A stretch of DNA of 64,000 bases from Octopus sinensis (Eukaryota): NCBI RefSeq assembly GCF_006345805.1, contig NC_042998.1:199330001-199394000 (forward strand), in the 5' to 3' direction. The notes beneath the pieces are model-generated. The model did no database searches. It saw nothing but the letters and a program-made list of their open reading frames with translations, and was not told where the DNA came from. The stretch's first letter is position 1. Each line of letters opens with the position of its first letter. The position numbers and the translations under genes are program-made. Below are positions 1 through 11,893 of the stretch, one piece after another.

Positions 1-151
1 GTATTATTAAATCTCAGAACGTAAAAAGCTACAGTAACAACCCCCCCTTTGTGGTTAACCATATTGAGATGGCTATTATACTTTACATCTCTAAAAATGC
101 TTATATAGTTATTTCCCTTACAGACCCGAGCAACGCCGGGCGCACTGCTAG
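1..151 (+). mobile_element. 3' end of non-autonomous Helitron (same family as 1772-2164)
   Basis: Near-identical to 2020-2164; ends GAGCAACGCCGGGCGCACTGCTAG|T, i.e. a GC-rich subterminal motif followed by CTAG. Confidence 0.75.
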
Positions 152-500
152 TTTCTTATAAAACCCAACATCGAACAAAAGGCCTAGTATCTCAATATCC
201 GGGTGTATTGAAAAACAGTGATACGTGAGGTAATGTGGTCAGGATACATAAATAAATCATGAAAGTCACAGCTGGATTGTCTTTGGTAATCAGCGGTGGA
301 TAAGAGTTTGTTCTGACCCTAAGTGTTCTGACTGTTTTCGGTGTTCGATATAATAGATTTAATCCGTTGATTGCTAAGCAACAGCACATACACCTTTAGG
401 CCAAATTGTCGACTTGAAGATAAGTTCTAGTCTCACAGGCTCCGAAAGAAAACTATTTTTTGACATCTTCCATTTGTTTTATCACACGAAATGATGGCTC

Positions 501-718
501 TTTTACTCTTTTACTTGTTTCAGTTACTTGACTGCGGCCATGCTGGAGCACCGCCTTTAATCGAGCAACTCGATCCCGGGACTATTTCTTTTGAAGGCCC
601 AGTACTTATTCTATCGGTTTCTTTTGCCGAACCGCTAAGTTAAGGGGACATAAACACACCAGCATCGGTTGTCAAGCAATGCTAGCGGGACAAACACATA
701 CAAACACACACACACACA

Positions 719-762
<44 letters not shown>

Positions 763-931
763 CATATATACGACGGGCTTCTTTCAGTTTCCATCTACCA
801 AATCCACTCACAAGGATTTGGTCGGCCCGAGGCTATAGTAGAAGACACTTACCCAAGATGCCACGCAGTGGGACTGAACCCGGAACCATGTGGTTGGTAA
901 ACAAGCTACTTACCACACAGCTACTCCTGCG
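501..931 (-). mobile_element. tRNA-derived SINE family A, full length, with internal (CA)/(TA) microsatellite
   Basis: The reverse complement starts GCAGGAGTAGCTGTGTGGTAAG...GGTTCAGTCCC (A/B-box-like head); the same body recurs at 6403, 55597 and 58502. Confidence 0.85.
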
Positions 932-1214
932 ACTAGATGTTTTCGTTTCAAGATGCTTCATCTTTTCAATCTCTTCTTAGTTTTTAGTATTTACTTAGCT
1001 TTAGAAACTCTTTCGTCGATATAACTTTGTCTTACAGAATAACTCGTGTCATGTCATTCAATCTCATTTCTATTGTCCCTGTTTGTAGCTGCGCTTTTAT
1101 TATTACGCACACACACATACACACGCACACACATGCAATGTTTTGTCCCGTGCCGTCCATCCATAATAATGTTTTTTTTCTCGATGTAAACGCTTAGTGA
1201 TCAATAAAGAAACC

Positions 1215-1243
1215 ACCTCCAACACCACCACCACCATCACCAC

Positions 1244-1280
<37 letters not shown>

Positions 1281-1301
1281 GTCATCATCGTCATCGTCAT
1301 C

Positions 1302-1332
<31 letters not shown>

Positions 1333-1438
1333 CCACCACCACCACCACCACCACCATCATCACCATCATCATCACCACCACCACCACCACCACCATCATC
1401 ATCACCACCACCACCACCACCACCACCATCATCATCAT

Positions 1439-1470
<32 letters not shown>

Positions 1471-1484
1471 TCAGCTTCATCATC

Positions 1485-1515
<31 letters not shown>

Positions 1516-1575
1516 CCACCACCACCACCACACCACCACCTCCACCACCTCCACCACCACCACCACCACCACCAG
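1215..1575. repeat. Compound (CAT)n/(CAC)n trinucleotide microsatellite
   Basis: Directly visible; explains the poly-M/V and poly-I/T/P ORFs. Confidence 0.95.
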
Positions 1576-1771
1576 TAGCGTTATCAACATTACCTGCTGC
1601 AGCGGCAGTAGTAGTTAAATAATTAATATTTTTTTTCTATTTGCACTCAGCTGGTTTTGGAACACAATTGACTTGGCTTTATTGTTCTGGTGAAATTAGA
1701 AACAATCAAGGAAAATAACGCTGGAAGTAACAAGATTTTCAAGTGAAATCATCATCATATATATATATATA

Positions 1772-2164
1772 TCTTTATATATAAAAGTGAGGTTGTGTGC
1801 TGTCTGTCTCCTACGATTTAGATTCCTAACTACTCCCACATTTTGCGGTGCAGTTTAACCAAAACCGGGTATCTTATAGTCGTGATTCAAATCGAGCCCT
1901 TCTGGGTATTAGCGCGCGTCTACGATGAGTCTACGATTTAAAAACAAAATTACCATAAATTTTTCCCATTTTTAATGCATTTTTGGCATATATAAGGGAA
2001 GTAACTCTCTAAAAATTTATTAAATCTCAGAATGTAAAAAGCTACAGTGAATCCCACCCTTTGTGGTTAGCCATATTGAGATGGCTATTATACTTTACAT
2101 CTCTAAAAATGCTTATATAGTTATTTCCCTTACAAACCAGAGCAACGCCGGGCGATACTGCTAG
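1772..2164 (+). mobile_element. Non-autonomous Helitron
   Basis: Starts A|TC (TCTTTATATATAAAAG), ends GCAACGCCGGGCGATACTGCTAG|T; inserted between A and T with no TSD, as is established for Helitrons. Confidence 0.8.
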
Positions 2165-2203
<39 letters not shown>

Positions 2204-2359
2204 ACACACACATTTTATGCTTGTATTTATGAATATATATATATACATATGAAAAAGCTTGGAAACGTAAACAGTGGGGAAATGAAAAGTATGATTACTA
2301 ATCAACAAAATGATGCAGGTTAAAAAAAGGTACAGTAAAAAAACTCTAAGCACGTGGCC

Positions 2360-3035
2360 GTAGTATATGCCAAAGAATGAAACAGTCATCCAGGTATCTC
2401 TTCCAGTTATTTTCTACGTACAGGGAGAAGGGCTGCCATATTTTCTAAAACCTTACCAGAAAGTCTAATTTCTAGATATCCCATGACTAGATTAGTAAAG
2501 GAGGGGGCCATTCTTGTACTCATATCAAGTCTCCGATTTTTGTCGATAGAAGTTGTCTTCGAACACGAAGAAGTTATTCTCCAAGATAAATTTTAGCCTT
2601 TCTACCACGAATTCTTTTTTGATGTGATGTGAGAGTTCGTTGGCGCTAATTCTGGATATGCTCAATCACCTTCCTAACACAATAAACAAAAGCACCCTAC
2701 TAATATCCTTCGATATATCAACCTATATTTCAATATCTCCCACAACCTAGGAATAGAGGCAATCCAATTCTGGCTAGAGAATTACGCCAACAAACTCTCA
2801 CATCACATCAAAAAAGAATTGGTGGTAGAAGGGCTAACATTTATCTTGGAGAATAACTACTTCGTGTCCGAAGACAACTTCTATCGACATAAATCGGAGA
2901 CTGATATGAGTACAAGAATGACCCCCACCTTTGCTAATCTAGTCATGGGATATCTAGAAATTAGACTTTCTGGTAAGGTTTTAGAAAAATACAGCAGCCC
3001 ATTCTCCCCGTACATAGAAAATAACTGCACAGATC
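2360..3035. pseudogene. Penelope-like RT fragment present as two divergent inverted copies
   Basis: The + copy (~2700-3035) encodes FDI..., FILENNYF and TRMTPTFANLVMGYLE. The - copy (~2660 to 2360) is a close inverted duplicate that continues into NWKRYLDDCFILW (catalytic YxDD). Confidence 0.85.
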
Positions 3036-3092
3036 CCAGATCAAAATTCCCAAAAACAAAAATAGCATTCAGCCAATATATCGACATTTGAA

Positions 3093-3381
3093 CCAATAAC
3101 CCCTCTTGATTTCTATCTTTGGGGGCATTTGAAAGGCATGGTGTATCACGAAAAGATAAAAGGCATAAATCATTTGAAGGAACGCTTCACCAACTCATTT
3201 GCACACGCATCACCGGATGTGCTATTACGAGTTCACAATGTGTGGGGTAAACGTATTGCAATGTGTATTCAAAACAATGGTAACCATATAGAACCTGTTA
3301 AATAAAAAAAAATTCCTATGAACTGTGTCTTATAAAAAGATAAATTATTCCTATGTATGGCGACTTTTGAATCACCCTGTA
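3093..3381 (+). mobile_element. 3' fragment of Tc1/mariner transposon
   Basis: Reads PITPLDFYLWGHLKGMVY...NHLKERF...RIAMCIQNNGNHIEPVK* (3093-3305), then a TIR-like CACCCTG|TA end. Confidence 0.75.
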
Positions 3382-3398
3382 TATATATATATATATAT

Positions 3399-3595
3399 AA
3401 CAACTTATAAATAAGAGCTAAAGAAAATTATTTCTATGCCAATATGCTGATAGCAGATTTTAAATCGTCAATTTCCACATATTATTTACTCGCTACAGAG
3501 TAAATAATATATATGTGGAAATTGACGATTTAAAAGTCTGTTATCAGCATATTGGCATAGAAAGAATTTTCTTTAGCTCCTATTTATAAGTTGTT
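3399..3595. repeat. Long fold-back palindrome (~92-bp arms, 6-nt loop)
   Basis: AACAACTTATAAATA...ATTATTTACTC gctaca GAGTAAATAAT...TATTTATAAGTTGTT, with a few mismatches and indels. Confidence 0.95.
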
Positions 3596-3691
3596 TATAA
3601 TTCTAACCTTAAAGGTATTTTAATATGCTGCCACATTTTCTGATGAAATTTTTTTCTGTAAAAAGAATTCATCCTATATTAGTAGTAGTAG

Positions 3692-3730
<39 letters not shown>

Positions 3731-3865
3731 TATATATAAATACGTGCATATGTATATATATATATAAAAAATACGTACATATATATACATGCAAGATATT
3801 CAGATGTGAACGTGAGTTTTATACAATCACATTTATATTCATATCTTTTATCTCTTACATAGTTC

Positions 3866-4069
3866 GCTCGTTAGACTGCGGCCATGCTGGAGCATCACTT
3901 TGAAGGAATTTTAGTCGAATGAATAATCCACTTATTTTTTAAAATTTGCTTCTTATTATATTTTGACTTTTTTGCCGGACTGTTAAGTTACGGGTACGTA
4001 CACATATCAACACCGGTTGTCAAGTGATGGCGGAGGACAGTCACAGACATAAAGACATACATACACAGG

Positions 4070-4143
<74 letters not shown>

Positions 4144-4440
4144 AGAAAGTTAGGGGTTATGGGTCAAACCCACTAAGGGATAATATCTATCCAATATACT
4201 GTTGGTATAATACCCAATTATTTATACACAAGTGTTTTTAATTGCATTGCAATTAACTTACCTTTTGTCTTAAATGGGTGAAGTTAAAGAAATATTTTAC
4301 CATTAATCTATATTGCAAATAAGAAAATGGAGAAGCACATTATTTGGGTCATCAACTTTAGGACATTAAAATGTTTACTTAACATTTAATGTCCTAAAAT
4401 TGATGAACCAACTTTTGTGATTCTCCATTTTCTTATTTGC

Positions 4441-4505
<65 letters not shown>

Positions 4506-4541
4506 ATATACGACGGGCTTCTTTCAGTTTCTATCTACCAC
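3866..4541 (-). mobile_element. SINE family A copy interrupted by a family B repeat inserted in its internal (TA)n
   Basis: SINE A sequence at 3866-4050 resumes at ~4500 (CGACGGGCTTCTTTCAGTTT); the segment 4141-4440 between them is family B. Confidence 0.75.
4141..4440. mobile_element. Interspersed repeat family B (CCAATATACTGYTGGTA motif) ending in a ~60-bp-arm hairpin at 4315-4440
   Basis: The same head occurs at ~16050, ~19665 and ~54955; the hairpin arm occurs singly at ~19840-19900. Confidence 0.7.
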
Positions 4542-5569
4542 TATTTAGAAGCTTCGAAGGAACATGAAAAAAGTTTTGTTAAAAAAAGAATAAAACCTCT
4601 GGACAGGAACATTTTCTATCCAAAGAGCTTTATAAACCAGTATTTGCTCGCTATTATTTATAGCTCTATTCGCTTCGAGTTAAATCGTTCCAAATAAGAA
4701 ATATTTTAAAAATGTTTTTATGTCATAATATTCAATACCTTTCAGATGAGTACATGTTAATTAAAAGTAAATAACTCCGTATATGCATACATACATACAT
4801 ACATACATACATACATACATACATACATACATACATACATACATACATACGTACATACATACATACATACATGCAAAAATATTGTTCATGCATAAATTTT
4901 GCAGAATCGGCTTATCAATGTCTTTTAGATAGAAGCTATGAAAACATATTTTTGTTATTTCATTGAACAGAGGTTGTTTTGTTTAAATTTGCCTTTAAAA
5001 ACATCTTTTATTTCTTCTTTACACTTCGTATGATATTTTGTGTCTGTTAATACATTTGTTTATATTGAAAATTTCTGAGATAAAATGAATGAAAGATAGT
5101 ATGTTTATGTATGTGTGTGTGTGTGTGTGTGTGTGCGTTTTTGCGCGCGCGTGTGTGTGTATGTGTGTAGAAATAATTAGTAAGAAATCGTATATAATTA
5201 TAATGAGGCTGGTTGAATGATTAAAGAAACTCTAAGAAAAGAACAAGAACAAAAGTACAGAAGGGCGAGGCGGACTCTAGAAGGAGAAATAAATAAATAC
5301 AATGGAGATATGGGATGGAGGGGAAAGATAAAGTTTTAGGGTGTAAGAAAACAGTGTTCCCTAATGAAAGGGATGAACAGAAAAGCTTCTGTGGACATGA
5401 AACGGGATGAAAGCTTTCATCGGGCTGTTGAAAGAAAAGGGATTGAGGTAAGGGGATGATAGTGTAATGGTGTGGGTGGGTGATGGAAGGATTATTATAA
5501 AGGGATCGGTGGAAGACGAAACACAAATACATGCATTTAGTCATATACTCATGCGTGTAATACACACAC

Positions 5570-6200
5570 AAGCACACACACACACACACACACAGAGCAT
5601 ACACACCATACACACACACACACACAGAGCATACACACCATATACACACACACACACACACAAGAGCATACACACCATATACACATACACACAGAGCATA
5701 CACACCATATACACACAGAGCATACACACCATATACACACAGAGCATACACACCATATACACACACATACGTACACATTTACGCTACACTCACACTTTCA
5801 CACGCACACATCTAGGCTTGCATTTATGGAATACATACACATGTACATGCAAACATATACATACACGTTTGTACCCTCTTACATACATCAACGCATATAT
5901 ACACATACACTCTCACGTGTGTCACGCTTACACAGGCACACGCAGATATAATCAAGCAAATACAGACACACACAGAGACAACCCTGACACTCATTATATA
6001 AATTAATTGATAAACTAAACGTATTAATAAAGATACGGAGATAAATATAAGCAAGCATACATGATGCATATACTAACGCACGAACATGGTCATACACATA
6101 TAGGCATACACATAAATATACATACATTCAAACATATTTCAACACACAGGCACATACAAAGAAACAGAAGTACACACGCATTGAAACATAAATATGCTGA
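5570..6200. repeat. CA-rich low-complexity tract with CACAGAGCATACACACCATATA minisatellite (5590-5765)
   Basis: Directly visible. Confidence 0.9.
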
Positions 6201-6402
6201 GACCAGCGAGGAAGACTTTATGTGGTCACACGATCTGCGTGAAGTAGCAGCTAAATCTCCCTCGGTTCAACCTTGCCGTCTTAAAGAAAGACACCCGTAC
6301 AGGAAAATGAAGAGCTAGGTATATAAAAAAAAGGGTTTGTTGTGACTTTAAAAACACTTTTTTTTTATTTCTGCTTTACACTTCATATGATATTTGTGTC
6401 TC

Positions 6403-6803
6403 TTTTACTCTTTTACTGGTTTCAGTCATTTGACTGTGGCCATGCTGCAGCAACACCTTTAGTCGAGCAAATCAACCCCAGAACTTATTCTTTGGAAGCC
6501 TAGTACTTATTCTATCGGCCACTTTTGCCGAACCGCTAAGTTACGGGGACTTAAACACGGGGACGTAAACAAACCAGCATCGGTTCTCAACTGATGTTGG
6601 AAGGACAAACACATACAAACATACATATATATATACATATATACGACGGGCTTCTTTCAGTTTCCGTCTACCAAATCCACTCACAAGGCTTTGGTCGACC
6701 CGAGGCTATAGTAGAAGACACTTGCCCAAGGTGCCACGTAGTGGGACTGAACCTTGAACCATGTGATCGGTAAGCAAGCTACTTACCACACAGCCACTCC
6801 TGT
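6403..6803 (-). mobile_element. SINE family A
   Basis: Collinear with 501-931. Confidence 0.85.
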
Positions 6804-6912
6804 GTCTGTTAATATTTGTTTTTATATTGAAGATTTCTCAGAGAAAATGAAAGGTAGCGTATGTGTGTTGTGTGTTTATATGTGTTGTGTGTGTGTATGT
6901 GTGTGTGTGTGC

Positions 6913-7163
6913 GTAGCAATAAGGAATCGTGACATAACTGCCAACCAAGTGTGGCGTCCTATACGGGACAGTGCATCCAGAAACTCGAGGCCGTGTGTAT
7001 CCCATAAGGCTAGGGCTGGGAACGACGGCTTCCCCTCGAAATACTAATCGGACACAGAATGTGTGACATTAGCCAGTTAGAAGAGATGTCTTGCTGGGGC
7101 ATTGTCCCGTATAGGACACCACACTTGCTTGGCAATTATATGTTACGATTCCGTATTGGTTAC
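6913..7163. mobile_element. MITE-like element with ~62-bp imperfect terminal inverted repeats
   Basis: GTAGCAATAAGGAATCGTGACATAACTGCCAACCAAGTGTGGCGTCCTATACGGGACAGTGC versus reverse complement of right end GTAACCAATACGGAATCGTAACATATAATTGCCAAGCAAGTGTGGTGTCCTATACGGGACAATGC. Confidence 0.7.
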
Positions 7164-7194
7164 TGTTTACATCTCGCTCAGAGATGTAATATAG

Positions 7195-7226
<32 letters not shown>

Positions 7227-7300
7227 ATGTAGGTCCCGGGTTGAGTCGGGTTAACCACAGTAAATAAGGTACTCAATACATAGCAGAGTAAATTAATTTA

Positions 7301-7411
7301 TTTTATAGAAGGAGCTTCTACAGGACTAGAACTGTTTCATTCAAAGAAATCATCAGGAACTGATGACTTCTTTTGAATGAAACAGTTCTAGTCTGTAGAA
7401 GCTCCTTCTAT

Positions 7412-7415
<4 letters not shown>
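7301..7415. repeat. Fold-back palindrome (~55-bp arms, 3-nt loop) containing CTGATGA...GAAAC in each arm
   Basis: TATAGAAGGAGCTTCTACAGGACTAGAACTGTTTCATTC...CATCAG gaa CTGATGA...GAATGAAACAGTTCTAGTCTGTAGAAGCTCCTTCTATA. Confidence 0.9.
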
Positions 7416-7488
<73 letters not shown>

Positions 7489-7503
7489 TATATATAATAT
7501 ATA

Positions 7504-7544
<41 letters not shown>

Positions 7545-9018
7545 TATTGGTAATTGAAGAAATGGAGCTGAACGCAGATTGAACAGAAATCGTTTTATTT
7601 TCATTCTACACGTGTTTCGAAAGCACAAATTACCAAAATCCGATTGAATAATGGGACCATATTGGGTCTTTCTCTTCGGAAGAAAATAGGAAATCCGTTG
7701 GAAAAACAAAAAAACAGAACAGAGGCGGAGCAAAAACAAATCGAACTATGCTCCTAAGAGCCCATGGCGAAACTGTTTATCAGTGTATGTTGAGAACCGG
7801 TGGCTGAAGATTTAACGGGTCAGGCATCGGTCAATCATGTGGGTGAGGGTGTGTGGGTGTTCTTTGTGACCGAGAATAAAGTTCTGACTATTTAAGGAAA
7901 TTGGATGTTTTATAAGGGGCGAGAAAAATCTAGTTTAGAGCGTTGTGGGTGTATACTGTTCTATATATGTGGTGTTGGCGTAGGGGTAGAAAACATTTTT
8001 TTGTGTACGTGTGTGCGTTTGATCGTTCGGCTGTCAGTGGCTACTGCAGCGAGAACCGTTGGGTGGCAGAAAAAAAAATATATATTATGTTTTATGTGTG
8101 TGGTGTTCATCAAGCCTGCCTTGTCAAGGAAACCCCCGCTGTGAAAAAACCAAGCCCCGTTTGTCTAACAGGGAGTAATTCCCCTTGCAGTGGTTAATCG
8201 TAGATATCTTAAAGGCTATTTCAGAATTTGTTACCAAGGGCTATGGGTGCCGGTATTATTTATAAACGCTATTTAAAAGCCAGATAAGGTAACCGCCGCC
8301 AATGGGGGCATCGATCGAAAGCCGACTGTAAAAGCCCTTTACCATCCGGCCTCTGGCAAACAAAATATGGAAGAGTTCGGAGACACAAAGGTTGCACTGT
8401 CTTCTGCCCTATCAATGGGAGGGCCACCGACAAAATTGACCATTCCAGCCTGTAGCTTAAGTTCGTATCCTTCAGTCGCCATATTAGCTTACTGAGTCCC
8501 GTGGTCTGGCGCTTGTGTCATGTCCGAAAAGTTGCGTAATGGTTGGAGACACGCAAAGACAATCTTGAGGATGAGGCCCCTACATAAGTGAAGACATCTG
8601 AGTCCGTGTAAACCTTGCATTGGTAGACGGCGTTTTTGATCTTGGAGTTTGCCGACGTGAATCTTATTCTGCTAGGATTAGTTTCTGAAATTAGGAACTG
8701 CGTTCCTGTCACTATATTCGTTCCGAGACCTGCAGCCGCTTACTACTCTATTTTCCAATACGTCACTATTAACTATAGGAATAACCCCTGATCTCCACTA
8801 TCTATCAGGGTGCTGTCATTGCTACTGACTCGTGGTGCTGCTATTGCGGGAAATGATGCTGGGGATGCTATTGGGGCTCTCTACCCTACTCCCATTGTTA
8901 CCAGTCAACCACAACACCCCATTTATAACTATACCCTAGTGGGTACTCCCTGGCTGGAGCTGAGATTATGTGTCATGTACTGGCTCTCATATCATTATTA
9001 CTACTCTAATTATTCCTA
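7545..9018 (-). mobile_element. Inverted copy of the 3' ~1.5 kb of the adjacent Penelope-like element (GIY-YIG region plus 3' terminal region)
   Basis: The reverse complement matches ~11144-12625, differing mostly by single-base indels; ORF 8518-8712(-) repeats ISETNPSRIRF...YVGASSSRL. Confidence 0.95.
7596..7688 (-). ncRNA. Type I hammerhead ribozyme, copy with 1-nt core deletion
   Basis: Same fold as 12467-12560 but reads TTCTTCCGAAGA rather than TTCTTCCTGAAGA (U4 missing). Confidence 0.6.
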
Positions 9019-9210
9019 ACGCACGGTTCAACACATATGGTTGTACACAAATTACCAAAAATCCGATGAGAATGGCGGACCATATGCTGTCTTATTCAAG
9101 GTATCGGTTAAACTTTTGATTAATCTACTACAAGATTATTCATCTTTCTATTTCACATAATAAACCTACCGCTTCGTCAAGAAAAACTGCTACTTTAACC
9201 GATACCAATA

Positions 9211-11893
9211 ATGGAGTTGTTCGAGATTGATGCGTCCCTTAAGGATATTCCTATCCACCGAAGGACGCCTTCCTTAAGGAGTGGTTTGTAAAACCAACGC
9301 ATTCATAAACCGGATAAGATGGCTCATTTCTTCCACGAGAACGAAGATCTAAAATCGAACCGGACAACAGCATCGTCCGAATACGGCCGGCTTTTTAAAA
9401 CATTGGATACGCCGCCACCTAACCCAAGACTGAAGAAGTTTGAGGACGACTTGTGGGACATAGTTAGAAAGATTAAGTTCAGGAAGTCACCCAGGAGAAA
9501 TGCCCACCTCAGATACCTAGATAAATTACCAAGGACATTAATAGAACGGACGGAGTCCTGGTCCAGTCCGACAAGACCAGGAACACATACAAGATGCCCA
9601 TTAAGCAGTACCTAGATTTACTCGGTAAAGAGATCAAGAAAAATTATAGAAAAACCAATTGGAGTACCCTGAGGAAGGTAAACTTGGAAATTAAGGAAAT
9701 AATATTTAAACACCGAATTCAAATGAGAACTCAGCCGCTTAGCCCCAAGCAACCCAGATTTATAGTGAAGGACCATAAACCGAAATTCCACACCAACCCA
9801 GCGCTAAGACTCATATGTCCTGCTAGATCTGATATCGGGATAATCAGTAAGTACATTTTAGATAAATATATCCCTAGCTTAGTAAACAAGCTGAAGCTCA
9901 GCCTCTGGGCCAACTCCTCGCAGGTAGTGAAGTGGTTCTCTTCCTTCCCCAATAAGAACCGTACTAGGTTCATTCAGTTTGATATCGCCAGCTTCTACCC
10001 CTCGATTAACCCTAGTGTGCTAAATAAGGCCCTCTGGCATGCTCACAACAAGGCTGGCCTCACCAGAGAAGAGATAGATATCATTTTAGTTGCCAGGAAA
10101 TCGTTTATTAAGTTTGATAATAAGTTGTGGATCCGTAAAGATACTCCCAATGAATTTGATGTGCCTATGGGTAGTTCGGATAGCGCGCAGATAGCCGATT
10201 TGGTCGGAATATATATTCTCTACGAATTGTCCGACAATTCCCGGAGATCGCGGGCGGCCTGTATCGTGACGATTGTCTGTTTTACCTGCAAAACACCACG
10301 AACAGAATAGTGCAGAAAACTAAGAGCAGGTTAGCTAGGTTTTTTAATAGAATGGGCATGAGTATAGTTTTGATAATGAACTCACCAAGGCTAATTTCCT
10401 AGACGTTACACTTAACCTTAATAGCGACTCATACTGCCCTTACCATAAGCCTTCCACTAATTTGAAGTATGTCAGTGTCTTCTCAAATCATGCCAAAACT
10501 GTAACAGACAATTTGGTTTAAAAACATCTCTCTAAGATTGTCTGGCTTGTCCGCCAGTGCCGATATTTTTATGCAGAAAGCGGAAACTTTATAACGCCGC
10601 ACTATCTAAGGCCGGTTATAGGCAGAAGGTAATTTATATTGATCCGGCCCTTCCGATGCCATCATTCGGTCATCAGGATAGGGCCGTATATAATAACATT
10701 AACATTTTAAGTAAGGACGGGAGCGCGGCGGATGCCGGGGTAGTCGCTCCCGCATTTAATTTAGCGAACAAGGATAATTATCGGTCCGGGAGGTCTTACA
10801 CTAACCCAAGACCCGTTATTCATCCGAGAATCACCCACCCGAACGCGAGAGCTGGCGTCCCAACCCATCACACTGATAGGAATAAGCATATATGGTTTGT
10901 AATCCCCTTTGGTAAGCAGATTAGAACTAACCTCCCCCTCATGTTTAGACAAGCCATCGCCAATAACTTCCCCAGAAATTCCAAATATTACTCCACGGTT
11001 AACTCGCATAAAGTTAGGATAGCTTTCTCCAACACTAAAAACCTCGCCCAGATAATCGCCTCCCATAATAATAGGCTACTTACTAAGACCCTATCACCTT
11101 TTTCCGGAGGCACAGCCTCTTCCGCTCCCGGTTTAATGCTCAGTAGGAATAATTATAGTAGTAATAATGATATGAGAGCCAGTACAATGACACATAATCT
11201 CAGCTCCAGCCAGGGAGTACCCACTAGGGGTATAGTTATAAATAGGGGTGTTGTGGTTGACGGTAACAATGGGAGTAGGGTAGAGAGCCCCAATAGCATC
11301 CCCAGCATCATTTCCCGCAATAGCAGCACCACGGGCAGTAGCAATGACAGCACTCTGATAGATAGTGGAGAATCAGGGGTTATTCCTATAGTTAATAGTG
11401 ACGTAGTGGAAAATAGAGTAGTAAGCGGCTGCAGGTCTCGGAACGAATATAGTGACAGGAACGCAGTTCTAATTTCAGAAACTAATCCTAGCAGAATAAG
11501 ATTCACGTCGGCGAACTCCAAGATCAAAAACGCCGTCTACCAATGCAAGGTTTACACGGACTCAGATGTCTTCACATATGTAGGGGCCTCATCCTCAAGA
11601 TTGTCTTTGCGTGTCTCCAACCATTACGCAACTTTCGGGACATGAACAAGCGCCAGACCACGGGACTCAGTAAGCTAATATGGCGACTGAAGGATACGAA
11701 CTTAAGCTACAGGCTGGAATGGTCAATTTTGTCGGTGGCCCTCCCATTTGATAGGGGCAGAAGGCAGTGCAACCTTTGTGTCTCCGAACTCTTCTATATT
11801 TTGTTTGCCAGAGGCCGGATGGTAAACGGGCTTTTACAGTCGGCTTTTCGATGCCCCCATTGGCGGCGTTACACTTATCTGGCTTTTAAATAG
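9211..11893 (+). pseudogene. PLE polyprotein (reverse transcriptase plus C-terminal GIY-YIG endonuclease), frameshifted
   Basis: Motifs: FDIASFYPSI, PMGSSDSAQIADLVG, GGLYRDDCL (YRDD 10262-10273), NFLDVTLNL, KHIWFVIPF...SHNNRLL, AVYQCKV...YVG...R...H, LSKLIWRLK...WSIL...CNLCVSE. Several frame changes. Confidence 0.92.

Noticed and set aside
11630-11650. In-frame TGA ending ORF 10557-11645 as possible selenocysteine recoding (reported for some Naiad PLEs)
   Set aside because: The codon is not at a conserved Cys position. The conserved protein continues in another frame (TFRDMNKRQTTGLSKLIW), so it is a 1-nt frameshift.
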